Below, in pieces: positions 37,598-48,196 of a DNA stretch of 64,000 nt (position 1 is its first letter; every line of letters starts with the position of its first letter). Location of the stretch: the NCBI GenBank assembly GCA_965248925.1, contig CBDFLE010000005.1:1152001-1216000 (forward strand). Direction: 5' to 3'. Source of the DNA: Candidatus Multivoradales bacterium. GTDB taxonomy: Bacteria > Acidobacteriota > Thermoanaerobaculia > Multivoradales > J023. The position numbers were made by a program, and so were the translations under genes. The notes under the pieces are model-generated. The model did not search any database. It had not been told where the DNA came from and saw only the letters and a list, made by a program, of their open reading frames with translations.

Positions 37598-39048
37598 AGA
37601 TCGGCAACAGCACCCATGGCTGCGCCCTTCTCCATCTACTCGCCACTGCCGGGTTGCTCCTCCTCGGGCTGGGCCAGGCGGCGACGGTGAACGCGCAGGA
37701 AGCTACGATCGAGCGGCGGCAGTCCTTTTCGGCAGTGGTTTGGCAAGCTCGGCTACCAGGCGCGGTCACCCATTTCGAAACCTGGGGCGACGGAGAGCTG
37801 GCGCTGCGCGTCGAGACCCACCCTGAGCAGCCGGCGGAGCTGTGGCGTTTAGATACCGCCGCCGAAAGCACCCTGCTCAAGATCGCCTCTTTACCGGTCG
37901 GCAGCGCCGGCCTACGAGCCACGGCGAGCGGCGGCGCCGGCGAGATGCTCACCGCCGACCTTGACCAGCTGTGGTCGGTCCACCGCGACGGCCAAGCCCG
38001 GCCACTGCTCGCCGAGCGGCGGGCGAGTCTCGCCGGGTGGGTCGCCAGCCGCGGCGGATGGTCGGCGTTGGCTGAAGTAGGGCAGTTTTTGATTTTCCAT
38101 GGCGACAACCGCTCGGCGGTCCTCGAAGTCCGCCTACCGGTAGCGGTGAAGCGGCGCCGATACGGTCTCGAGCTGAGTTCGCCGACCGTGAGTTCGTTGT
38201 GGCCGACAGACGCCTCCGGTCCTCTCTTCTTGGCCGCTCCGCACCCCGAAGGCAAACGCCGGCTGCGTACCGTTTGGGTCGATGCAAGCAGTGAACCCCC
38301 AACCAGCCACGAAACCTGGTCGCGCTTCCCCACCGCCGAGCGTCTGGACCAGACAGAGTACCTGCTGGTCGATGGCCAGCCGATGCTCTTCGCTGTCACC
38401 CTCGACGGCGAGAAGGTCAGAATCTTCGGCAAGAAGCGGCTCTTCGTTTTCCCCCTCAGCATCGATCGCACCCGCGCCGGTAGCCGGCCAAGGTTCGAGC
38501 TGATCACCGCCAGTCGCTTGTGGCAGGATCTCGACATCTCCGTCGCCGAACTTGATGGCGACAGCCATCAGGATCTGGTGCTGATCCAACCCGAGGGCTT
38601 TGCCGGCGGCAAGCTGATCGTCGAGGCCTACCACGGTCGCGGCGGCGGTCGCTTCGACTCCCGGCCGCGCCGGTCGGTCGTCGACTTCAACGGCAAATGG
38701 AGCTACGGCCAAGATCTAAACGGCGACGGCGAGGCCGATCTGGCGATGCTCTCTAGCGAACTGGTGGTGTTCCCCGGAGTCGCCCGCCAGCAGGGTAAAG
38801 CGGTGATCAGTAAGAAAGCGAATTGGCGGCTACCGATCGACGTAGAGCAAGCTGGGACAGCTGGAGACTCGGTAGGCATCAAGGTCGGCGGCGAGGCTGC
38901 CGAAGTCGAATCAAACGCAGACACCGACCAGCAGATTCTGCGAGTACTCGATCTGTGGCCTGGCCACGGTCCCGCCGCGATCCTCGTGGCGAAGCAGTCG
39001 CCAGAGTACACCGACTTCTGGCTTGTGCAGTTGGCGACCGATGGCTAG
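37594..39048 (+). CDS. Secreted FG-GAP repeat protein
   Basis: ATGA overlap with upstream gene, signal peptide, ELDGDSHQDL and DLNGDGEADL repeats. Confidence 0.82.
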   Translation: MKIGNSTHGCALLHLLATAGLLLLGLGQAATVNAQEATIERRQSFSAVVWQARLPGAVTHFETWGDGELALRVETHPEQPAELWRLDTAAESTLLKIASLPVGSAGLRATASGGAGEMLTADLDQLWSVHRDGQARPLLAERRASLAGWVASRGGWSALAEVGQFLIFHGDNRSAVLEVRLPVAVKRRRYGLELSSPTVSSLWPTDASGPLFLAAPHPEGKRRLRTVWVDASSEPPTSHETWSRFPTAERLDQTEYLLVDGQPMLFAVTLDGEKVRIFGKKRLFVFPLSIDRTRAGSRPRFELITASRLWQDLDISVAELDGDSHQDLVLIQPEGFAGGKLIVEAYHGRGGGRFDSRPRRSVVDFNGKWSYGQDLNGDGEADLAMLSSELVVFPGVARQQGKAVISKKANWRLPIDVEQAGTAGDSVGIKVGGEAAEVESNADTDQQILRVLDLWPGHGPAAILVAKQSPEYTDFWLVQLATDG

Positions 39049-39124
39049 CAGCGTATAGTTCGGGCTGGCGGCGGTCGACCGCGGCGGGTCCGGCCGCCGG
39101 CAACCAATTGCGCCGCTAGCAACC

Positions 39125-40465
39125 ATGAATACACCGACCATCGACAGCCTGATCCTGCTACCCCAGGACGAAGCGATCGAGCGCAGCTTCGACGCCACCA
39201 ACCTGTTCCGCTTGCGGCGCCTCTTGTTGGCCTACGCCTTTGTGCCCATGGGCCTGCTGCTAAACGCCATCTTCGCCGGCTCCTGGGCCGGTGGAGCGGC
39301 GGCGGCGAGTAGTTTGATCGCCATCGCGCTGTTCTTCGCTCTGCATCAGCGTTCGTGGTTCGAGCTTCGTTTCCGCCGCCTGCTGGTGGCGGTGATGGTG
39401 GTGCTATTCGTCGGCTTGATGGCGCAGCAGATACTCTCCGACGGCGAGTTCAGGGCCGCGGCGATCATCTTTGGTTTTCTCACCCTGCTCTTCCTGCTCA
39501 AGACCGAAGAGTACTTGGTGCTCTATGGAATCTATTGGGGCACTGTGTTCTCGATGCATATGTGGCCCTCCATCTTCGGCGGTAGCTCTTCCGACGTCGA
39601 TGAATTGATCGCCACCACGGTGATGACGGTAATCTTGCTCGTATTCGCTATCCGCAAGGCAAGGCGTAGGCGGCGCGAGCGGGGCGGGGAGTGGCGGCGC
39701 GAGCGCGACCACTACGACGAAAAACTGCGCATGCGCGAAGAACTCGAAGCCGCGCGCCGCATCCAGCTCCAGATGTTGCCCGGCCGCGACACCGCGATCG
39801 ATTGGCTCGACACCGCCAGCATGTCGCTGCCCGCCACCGAGGTCGGCGGCGACTACTACGACTACTTCGAACTGGCCGAGGACCGCCTGGCGGTGGTCAT
39901 TGGCGATGTTGCTGGCCACGGCGTCACCTCCGGCATCCTACTTTCCGGGGTGCGCAGTTGCTTGCACCTGCTGCACGAGTTTGGTTCACCGATCCGTGAG
40001 ATCATGGAGAAGCTAGACCATGTGGTGCGTCAGACCACCGACCGGCGGATGTTCTTCACTCTTCTCTACTCGATATTCGACCGCCAAGCCGGCACCGTGA
40101 CTCTATCCTCGGCCGGCCACACGCCCCTGCTGCACTACTCCAAAGCAGACGACGTAGTCCGCGAAATCGACCTGCCGGCCCTGCCCCTGGGCACCCCCTT
40201 GCCGGCCACCTTCGAGATCACCAAAATCGAGTACGCGGTGGGTGACGCCTTCCTGTTCTACACCGACGGTCTCTCCGAGTTGCTCGACAAAGCGGGCGTT
40301 GCCTACGAGATCGACCGCCTCGCCGACTGCCTGCTCAAAGCCGCCCAGCGGGGCAAGAACGCCCTGGCCATCCGCGACGCCCTGCTCAACGACCTGTGGA
40401 GCCACAAAGGCAACGCCGAACAGCTCGATGACATCACCATGGTGGTGGTCCGCCCGTTGGGTTGA
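39125..40465 (+). CDS. Membrane PP2C/SpoIIE-family Ser/Thr phosphatase
   Basis: N-terminal TM helices, ELEAARRIQ, EVGGDYYD, IGDVAGHG, SAGH, YTDGLSE, DDITMVVV. Confidence 0.95.
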   Translation: MNTPTIDSLILLPQDEAIERSFDATNLFRLRRLLLAYAFVPMGLLLNAIFAGSWAGGAAAASSLIAIALFFALHQRSWFELRFRRLLVAVMVVLFVGLMAQQILSDGEFRAAAIIFGFLTLLFLLKTEEYLVLYGIYWGTVFSMHMWPSIFGGSSSDVDELIATTVMTVILLVFAIRKARRRRRERGGEWRRERDHYDEKLRMREELEAARRIQLQMLPGRDTAIDWLDTASMSLPATEVGGDYYDYFELAEDRLAVVIGDVAGHGVTSGILLSGVRSCLHLLHEFGSPIREIMEKLDHVVRQTTDRRMFFTLLYSIFDRQAGTVTLSSAGHTPLLHYSKADDVVREIDLPALPLGTPLPATFEITKIEYAVGDAFLFYTDGLSELLDKAGVAYEIDRLADCLLKAAQRGKNALAIRDALLNDLWSHKGNAEQLDDITMVVVRPLG

Positions 40466-40531
40466 GATTCGAGAGCTACAGCTCGACAGAATTGAACAGA
40501 GAGGGGCACTGGGTCAGGGGAGCACTTAAAT

Positions 40532-41951
40532 GGCTCTCCTCAAATAGGAGTGGGTGGATTTCGCCACACTTGTTGCCGGCCGCCCATAGACGGGCGAGGA
40601 CGACCGGCAGCAAGCATGGCGAAATGACGAAGCTGTAAGTAGTTGAAAACGCACAGGGTTTCCTGTTCTCCTTGGAAGTACTACAAAACCGAGGAGGAAG
40701 GGTCACCCCATGCGCATCACTACTGTATTCCGTCGCCTTCTGGCTGTCACGAAGATGTACATCGAAGACGTCGCGTTCACCGTTGAGGGGGGACTCGCGA
40801 TCCAGGTCCGGCCAACCTGGCGTATTTCCCGGTGCGGGCACTGCGGCCGGAAGGCCTCGCGGTATGACCGCCGACCTCTGCGCCGGTGGCGGCATGTCCC
40901 GTGGGGACGGGCGTCTGTGGAGCTGATCTATGAGCCGTGGCGGGTGAACTGCCGTGATTGCGGTGTTCGCGTCGAGCTGGTGCCATGGGCCGACCGGGGT
41001 AGCCGCTTCACCTACGACTTTGAGGAGATGGCCGCTTATCTGGCACAGGTCACCGACAAGACTCAAGTCCAACGACTCCTCGCCATCTCTTGGCAGACCG
41101 TCGGCTCGATCGTCAAGCGGGTCGTGGCACGACGCCTCGATTCTGAGCGCCTCCTGGGTCTGCGCCGGATTGGCATCGATGAGTTCAGCTATCGTAAGCG
41201 GCATAGGTACTTGACGATTGTCGTCGACCATGACCGCCGTCGCGTCGTTTGGACGGGCGAAGGCAAGAGTTCCGAGACTCTGGCGCCCTTCTTCGAACTC
41301 CTGGGCGAGGAGCAGTGCCAGAAGATCGAGACTGTCACCATCGACCTTTCCGCAGCCTTCATCAAGGCCGTCCGTGAAGGGCTGTCGAAAGCAGAGGTCG
41401 TCTTCGATCGCTTCCATGTACAGCGCTTGGCCTCCGACGCGGTTGACGAAGTGCGGCGCAGCATCGTACGCGAGCTGGCGATCGATCCCGAAAGGGCCCG
41501 AGCCGTCAAGAGCACGCGATACGTCCTGCTCAAGAATCCTTGGAACCTGAGTCCCACCCAGCGCAGTAAGCTGGCGGAAATCCAAGCTACGAACCGGCGC
41601 CTGTACCGGGCCTTACCTCCTCAAGGAGACGTTGGCTCAAACCCTCGACTATCGCCAACCCTGGCGGGCAGAGATAGAACTCGGCGAATGGCTGGCTTGG
41701 GCGTCGAGATCTAAGCTCAAGCCCTTTGTCAAGGCCGCTCGAACGATCCGTAAACACCGGGTCGGCATTCTCGCCTACATCAGAACACGACTCACCAATG
41801 GACTCGTCGAAGGAATCAACGGGAAGATCAGAATGATCACCCGGCGGGCTTTTGGATTCCACTCCCATCAAGCACTCTCTGCCATGATCTTCCTCAACTG
41901 TGGCGGCATCAAACTACAGCCTCCGGTACCCACTGCAAGTTGAGGAGAGTC
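40532..41951 (+). mobile_element. ISL3-family insertion sequence (1420 bp)
   Basis: IRL GGCTCTCCTCAAATAGGAGTGGG and IRR (reverse complement) GACTCTCCTCAACTTGCAGTGGG enclose the transposase; no target-site duplication visible. Confidence 0.9.
40710..41943 (+). pseudogene. ISL3 transposase with +1 frameshift
   Basis: CGHC/CRDC zinc finger, IGIDE, VTIDLS, VFDRFHV in ORF1; TNGLVEGINGKIR...AFGF in ORF2; extra T near 41613 breaks the expected RAYLLKE. Confidence 0.9.
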
Positions 41952-42049
41952 AAAAACAGACGATTGGAGGTAGATTGAGATTGACACGGTTATAGGTAGG
42001 AAACCGTCTACAAACGCTCGCTGCTCCCTGCCTGCAAACATCAATTCCG

Positions 42050-42466
42050 CTAGATTTGAAACTCGACAGAGCGAGATCTTGAGAGTCGTTTTCCCCCAAC
42101 CATGGTCAGTCGATATTTTCGACCTCTTTCTACAAAAAACGGTGTACCACCGGAGGGAGTAATCACCTCGAAACGAGTCGCCCATTGCGCTGTTGAATTC
42201 TCTCCAATCTTTACTGTCAACCGGCCGATCTTCAGCGAAGCAACCTTCGCCTTCATCCGCCAAACAGTCGTCTTGGTATCGAGGTCATAAAGAGAAATGC
42301 TGGTCACATGCGAAGGGTACTCGCCCAACGTCAGCGCTCCGAATCTAAACTGGTCATCGGTTAGGTCTAGAGTGATCTCCGGCAATCCACTGTCACAACC
42401 CATCAAGATCAGAAGGCAGATCGCAAAGGACGCTATTTGAAGAATTGATTTAGTTACGAATGACAT
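42050..42466 (-). CDS. Putative immunity lipoprotein of the RHS toxin
   Basis: Immediately downstream of the RHS C-terminus, AT-richer than flanks, lipobox CLLILMGC. Confidence 0.6.
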   Translation of the reverse strand: MSFVTKSILQIASFAICLLILMGCDSGLPEITLDLTDDQFRFGALTLGEYPSHVTSISLYDLDTKTTVWRMKAKVASLKIGRLTVKIGENSTAQWATRFEVITPSGGTPFFVERGRKYRLTMVGGKRLSRSRSVEFQI

Positions 42467-42531
42467 TGAAAATCGTCCCAACCGTCTTGATGAATGACCG
42501 CCATCTCGACACTTTTGCATTCCCTCTCACC

Positions 42532-45500
42532 TCAGTTCGTGTTACAGGAGAGAGACTCTCTGACTTGCTGTTCCAGTCCATCAGGAGTAAAGGATCTCGG
42601 GGCGCCTTCCTGCATTGGTGTTCCCGCTCGGTCAAAGACAATTTGACCAGGAGCATTTGGAACTACTCCAGCACCCTCCAAGGCGTTCTCACACACGCTA
42701 ACACAGGAATTCGAGACAGGGTCGTAGGAGTCAGGATCCGGAACATTGGTTTCAAGAGCGTCCAAGAGTTGACTCTCTTGGCTGTCGTCGATACCTAGTC
42801 GGAGGATCCGAACCTCTCGATCTAGGCTTTCTGCGTTTACGTATGATTCAAGTGATACACCCCAGTCGGAGTCAGAAACAACTGTAGTACCGTATGAGAA
42901 AACCACACCGTCAATCGCAAGGGCAATGTGACCGAACGAATTGGTCTCCACGCGACCGCTAACTACCAAAAACGCCTCAAGACCGTTGGGATCGATCACC
43001 GAGATCGGATTGGCACTTGCATAGAGAAATCTGTTCCAGCTCTGCGGGCTAGATCGCCCAGAGCTTCTGGCCGGATCTACACTCAAGAACCGCCCTACCA
43101 CCGGACTACAATGCCGAGCATGCATATAGTCAAGCTCACTCTTCGCCCCAGCCCCGTTTTTATCCCGTTCATGGCCGGTAAATTTCAGCTGAAACTCATC
43201 CGAGCTAGCGCTGGTCGCCTCCTGCCCAAACGGGTAGTAGCTGTGCAGCGCCACCTGGCTACCGCTCTTGGTCACCTGCCGCGGAGATCCAAGATGATCG
43301 AGATGGAAGCTGTAGGTCTCCTCCACACCGTTCGCGTCGGGGTCAACTGAAGCCAGCAGCTGCCCACCTCGATAGACGTAGTCCCGCTCCCACACGAAGC
43401 TCTCACCCCGCGGATGGCTGAACACCCGCAGCACTTCGTTGCCCAGCCCGCGCAAGGTCCAGGTCTCGCTGGCCGGGCTGCTGACGCAGCTGCTGCCGGC
43501 GGCGCTGAAGCAGCTGAAGGTGACGATGCGCTCGTCGTCAGCGTTGTAGATGTACACGCTCGCCTGGTCGGTGTTGCTTTGCAGGTGCTTCATCATGTTG
43601 GCGGCGTCGTAGGTGTACTCATAGATCTCCGAGCTACTGTAACGCACGCGGGTCAAGTTGCCGCCAGCGTCATAGGTGGTGCCGCTGAGACCGAGGCGGT
43701 TGGTGGCGCTGCTTGGGCTCATGCTCTGGCTGGCGCCGTTGGTGATCATCTGGGTGAGGTTACCGAAGTTGTCATACGACGCGGTTTGTAGGCGGTCGCT
43801 GCTGCCCACCTTGGCTTCGCCGCTGACCAGCCGCTGCAAGCGATCATAGCGATAGGTCAGCGAGCCGATGCGGTGGATGTTGCTCGATCCATCGTAGTCA
43901 AACGTGCCGGTGTCCCAGCCTGCGTTGGTAGAGATGCGCTCGGGCCGGGCGAGGCCGGAGGGATCGACCTGGCGGGTCTCGGTGATGCCGCTCTGGTGGC
44001 TGATCTGGGTCAGCATGCCGCCGCTCTGGTAGCTGAGGCTGGAGGCGAAACCGGGGACCGCGGTGAGGAAGCCCTTGTCGTAGGCGAAGCTCACCTGCCG
44101 CGGTGGGCTGACCTGATCGCAGCTGTCGTTGCTGTGCAGGCAGTCAGGATAGTCGAGGGTCGCGAGGTTGCCTTGCAGATCGAAGGTGAAGCCGGCCTGG
44201 AAGGCGTAGTGGCCGACGCCGAGCTGATAGCGAGTCTGGCGCTCGGACATCCGGCCGCCACGACCCGCGTAGACGAAGCTCTCGGAGACCCGGACATCGA
44301 GGAAGCCGGGATTGGCGTTCAGCGGATTCACCAGATCCACCCAATTGTGGCGGGTGGTCTGCACCAGCTTGCCGGCCCGCTTGTCGAGACCTACGTTCTG
44401 GCGGCCGTAGCGGAACTCCTTCAGCCGGCGTGGGTTGCCCCCGTTGTTCTCGTCGACGCGGATCAAGCGAGCCGCTGGATCATAGAAATAGTCGAGGTCA
44501 AATTCGGTGGAGCCACCGATGCGTTTGCTCAAAACGCTGCCACGAGCATCATAGGAATAGGTCGTGGCGCCGTTGCCCACTGGGCCGACTTCGGGATGGG
44601 TCTCGGAGGTCAGGAAGCTGCGACCGTCATAGTTGAAGAAGCGTTGCTGGCCACAGGTCGATCCAGTCCGATTCTGGCAAACGTGGGTGAGCCGCGAGCC
44701 GGCGTCGTAGGCGTAGCGAGTCAGCAAGCCGCCCGCGTTGCATCTGCCATTCCAGGCCGCCGATCTGCCTTCACAAACCTCGAACAATCGGCCCTGGCCA
44801 TCGGAGATCTCGGTGTTGTAGGTGTCTTCTTGCACTCCGGAGGCGAGCATCACTTTGAACCGCCGCGTCTTGGTGCGTTCGCCCTCGTAGCTGAGGAATG
44901 TGGCCGGCTGGCTTGGTGGGGTGATCCTGCCGGGGCGGCCGAAGTTGTCGTACTGCTCGTACTTGGTGACGCGGCTGTCGGAAGTGGCGTTGAGGGTCCA
45001 CACCGATTCCGCGGTCTTCCAGGCCCGTGGGTTGAAGCTCATGTGGCGGTACCAGCGCACTCCGCCGGGCAACTGCACCTGCTCTTTGACCCGGCGGCCG
45101 AGGCCGTCGAAAGTGTGCTGGCGGTAGGCCAGCAGGCCGGAGCCCGAGCAAGCGGCGGTGGTGACGCATTGCTCTTCGGTCAGCAGCGGCATCAGGTTGA
45201 AGTTGCTCTGGGTGGCCAAACGGTAGGTGTAGCGGCGCACCGCCTCGCTCTCGGGAAACTCGTGGGTCAAGCGGCCTTGCCGGTCATAGAGGAAGTCGAT
45301 CTTGACCCCGGCGCTGTCTCGGCTGCGTTTGACCAAGCCGGTGTTCTTGTCGAGATCGTAGTCGGCCAGTTTGAGCAGCACTTCGCTAGTGGCGCAGGGG
45401 TTGACCACCGTGGAGTTTCTCAGCACGCCGTACTGGTAGCTGTGGTTGGTGCGGTAGAGGGCGCCGGATTGGGCCGGGTTGATGCTGCCGAGGCTTGCGG

Positions 45501-47492
45501 TGCTGATCGCCTGGCTGTCGCCGCCGTATTGCAACTCAGAAGCAACGAAGCCGGTGCTGCCAGCCTGCACGAAGATGCTCAGCAGGTCGTTCGACTGCCG
45601 CGAGCCGCCTGCCAACACCCGGCGTTTGCGTAGGAAGCCGTTGACTAGCGCAAAGTCATACTCGGTGGTCTCGGTGACGCCGTTCTCGGTCACCGATTGC
45701 GAGTTGAAGGTCTCTAGCACCCAGGGCTGGGTCTGGCCGAACATGGCGAAATCGGTGGCCGGGTCGATCGCACCGGTGTCGCTGTTGGCGATCAAGTAGG
45801 AGCCGCGATTCTGGTTGTAGAAGGTCTCGCTCGCGCGCACGTTGCCACTGGCGAAGTTGCCACCGGTGGTGGTGGTGCGGAAATGGCCAGGCCATCGAAG
45901 TCCGAGTGGGTGACCTCGCGGAACTTGTCGCCGTCGTCGTGGTAGATGACTTTGCGGTACTTCATCCGGTGGTTGCGGTCGGCGTAGGTCCCGGATGGAC
46001 CGTCGTTCTCATACTCCAGGAAGATCGAGCGGCGCTTGCTGCCGCTGGCCACCGAGCCCTGGTAGATCTCTTGCGACAAGTAGGGCGGGCTGTTGTTGTA
46101 GTAGTCGTTGGTGCCGGGTGTGCAGCGGGTGAAGGGCAGGCCAAAGCCTTGGCGATTAGCGCCCGCGGAGTTAAACCAGTGCTTCGTGTCGTTGCCTAGC
46201 GGGTCGGTCAAGGTGAGCGTGTGGTAGCAGGAGATCTGGCCGGGACCGAGCACTCCTTGGGGATCGTAGTCATAGATCCAGGTGCCGTGGGGCGAGTTTG
46301 GATAGTCGCTGTCTTTCAAGAACGTCGACTTGGTGGCCACGCCGGTGCCGATGTTGGCCCACTCCCGGCCCTCGGGCACATCTGGGCTTTGGGCATGAAA
46401 ATCGATCTGTTGGTACCGCCAGCCGAAGGCGCCATCCGTGGGAAGACGGAGGAACTTGATGCCGCCCGAGAGCTTCTCTCCCGGATTGTCGGTGCGGTAG
46501 TAGTCCATTTGGTAGAACGAGTCGTCGGGCAAGACCAGGCGTTCGAGCAGGCGGACGCCGGAAAGTGTGTCCCCTTCGGGCACACACGAAGGCTGGGCGC
46601 CTTGGCGCTCCAGATCGACCGGGCCGGAGTAGATCAGATCGTAGACGGCGCTTTGATTGTTGAAGGCGGCCAGGGTGACTTTCTCCAGTCGGCCGGCGGT
46701 GAAATCGAGGGAATGACTCCTGTTGGCGGAATCGGTGACGCTCCAATCGCCGCCCGAGGCGTAGGCTATCTTGACCCAATGGCCGAAGCGGTCGAGCATC
46801 TTGGTCACCCGCCAATCGAAGCTGGTGTGGCTGATGTTATGGAATTCATGCATCTCACCACTTGGGAATTCCACCGTCCGGCAATCCTGGTCGAGCAGAT
46901 TCGACGGCGTCTCGCAGGGGCTCGATGCGAATGGGTAGTAGCGCATTCTCAGGTAGGTACTGTCGCGGGTGAACCAGGTGTTGGGCTGGGTGCCGGCGGG
47001 CGGGTAGGTGCCGCTCTGGGCCGGGTGGAGGAAATCGTGGAAGGCGTGTTGCCCGCCGTCAGGGCTCAAATAGGAAAACCCGCTGAAGGGTGGCGCGGGA
47101 TTGCCGCCTTCGGAGCGCACCAACTGGCCAAGATTGACCCGCCACCCCCAGCCAGAATTCGCATCGAGATCTTGAATCGGCAAGTTGTAGGAAACCAGCA
47201 TCTGGTTGGGCGGCGTGCCCTCGGTGCAGCTCTGTTGGTCGTCAAAGTCCCAGCCGCTGGAGTTGTAGGTCAGGGTGAAGCCGTAGCTCAGAGTGGGACC
47301 CACCGGGTAGCTCTGGCCGAGGGGCAGGCGGAGCGACAGATTCCCCGAGAAGAGGTTGATCGAGTCGATGTCGCCGACTTGGAAGGCGGTGTCGGCGGTG
47401 ACGCCCCGCTGGTGGCTCTGGGGCTGTTGCGCGGCGGTCGGCCCGGCGAGGGCAACGTAGAGAAGTGAGGCGATGAGAATTTTCTGTTGCAT
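42532..47492 (-). pseudogene. Sec-signal RHS/YD-repeat protein with papain-like C-terminal domain, split by a 1-bp frameshift
   Basis: Signal peptide and DSINLFSGNL N-terminus; YD repeats; core DHLGS...YYPFG...KFTGHERD...GRFLSVDP...DPNG; the two ORFs join as DFDGL-GHFRTTTTGGNF if one G is restored near 45887. Confidence 0.88.
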
Positions 47493-47506
47493 AGTCTTTG
47501 ACTCCT

Positions 47507-47941
47507 TCAGCAGCCGCTGCCGGGGCAGGTGCTATCCCATTGATTGGCATTGCCAGACTCAAAGTTGTCGCCAAAGAGCACGGCGATGGACTTGACGGCG
47601 ACGGTGGCCGAGGTGCTGTGGTGGGTCTCGTCTTCGATGCGGTAGGTCAGGGTGCAGTTGGCATCGATCGACGGGTTGGGGGTCAAGCGGATCAGATCGA
47701 GCACGATCTCGGTGCTCGCCGGGCAGGTGCTGGCGAGGACGGTGACAGTCAGGGCTTCGCCGTCGGGCTCGGTGTCGTTGGCCAGGACATCAATCAGGAT
47801 CGGGGCGGAGGCGGCTTCGGCGTTGTCGCCCGAGGCGATGGGGGTGCTGTTGCATTGGCCGTGGGCGGTGGCGGCGGCGACTGCGACTGCCAGTAGGCAG
47901 GCGGCGTTTAGGATCGAACATCTGGGGATTCTGTCTCTCAA
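47507..47941 (-). CDS. Small secreted Ig/cadherin-like protein with C-terminal LFGDNFESGNANQW motif
   Basis: GAGGT RBS, signal peptide, PIASGD...IDVLANDTEPDGEALTV...LTYRIED Big/cadherin-like domain; 14 nt upstream of the RHS gene. Confidence 0.82.
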   Translation of the reverse strand: MRDRIPRCSILNAACLLAVAVAAATAHGQCNSTPIASGDNAEAASAPILIDVLANDTEPDGEALTVTVLASTCPASTEIVLDLIRLTPNPSIDANCTLTYRIEDETHHSTSATVAVKSIAVLFGDNFESGNANQWDSTCPGSGC

Positions 47942-48062
47942 GGCTACCTCACTTTCTGGAAGATTCTAGATTCGTTCTCTTGCTTGGACTGGCCCTAGGC
48001 CCACCAGGTTCCCGCTCGACTTTGTTTCGTCAAACAAGCTATGGGAAAAGATGTTAGAGACC

Positions 48063-48098
48063 AAACGGTTCATTTTGGCGGGGCGAAATGAACCGTTT
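48063..48098. promoter_or_regulatory. Perfect 13-bp inverted repeat (terminator, operator or recombination site)
   Basis: AAACGGTTCATTT-(10 nt)-AAATGAACCGTTT between the peptidase gene and the RHS operon. Confidence 0.55.
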
Positions 48099-48196
48099 AC
48101 CCTCGATACTCTGATATTCAGAGACCTGGTCAGAGATCTCTCTCTAATTCTTCTCCCTGGACCGGGAAGGTGTTCGGCACCCACTTCGTAGTCCTG

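Noticed and set aside
41600-41625. Programmed frameshift in the transposase
   Set aside because: ISL3 transposases are normally single ORFs and no slippery heptamer is present; a 1-bp insertion explains it
43873-45633. Long alternative ORFs (586 aa here; also 40476-41585, 46221-47468, 28787-30001, 58403-59947)
   Set aside because: They overlap well-supported genes, lack motifs, and are expected in GC-rich DNA
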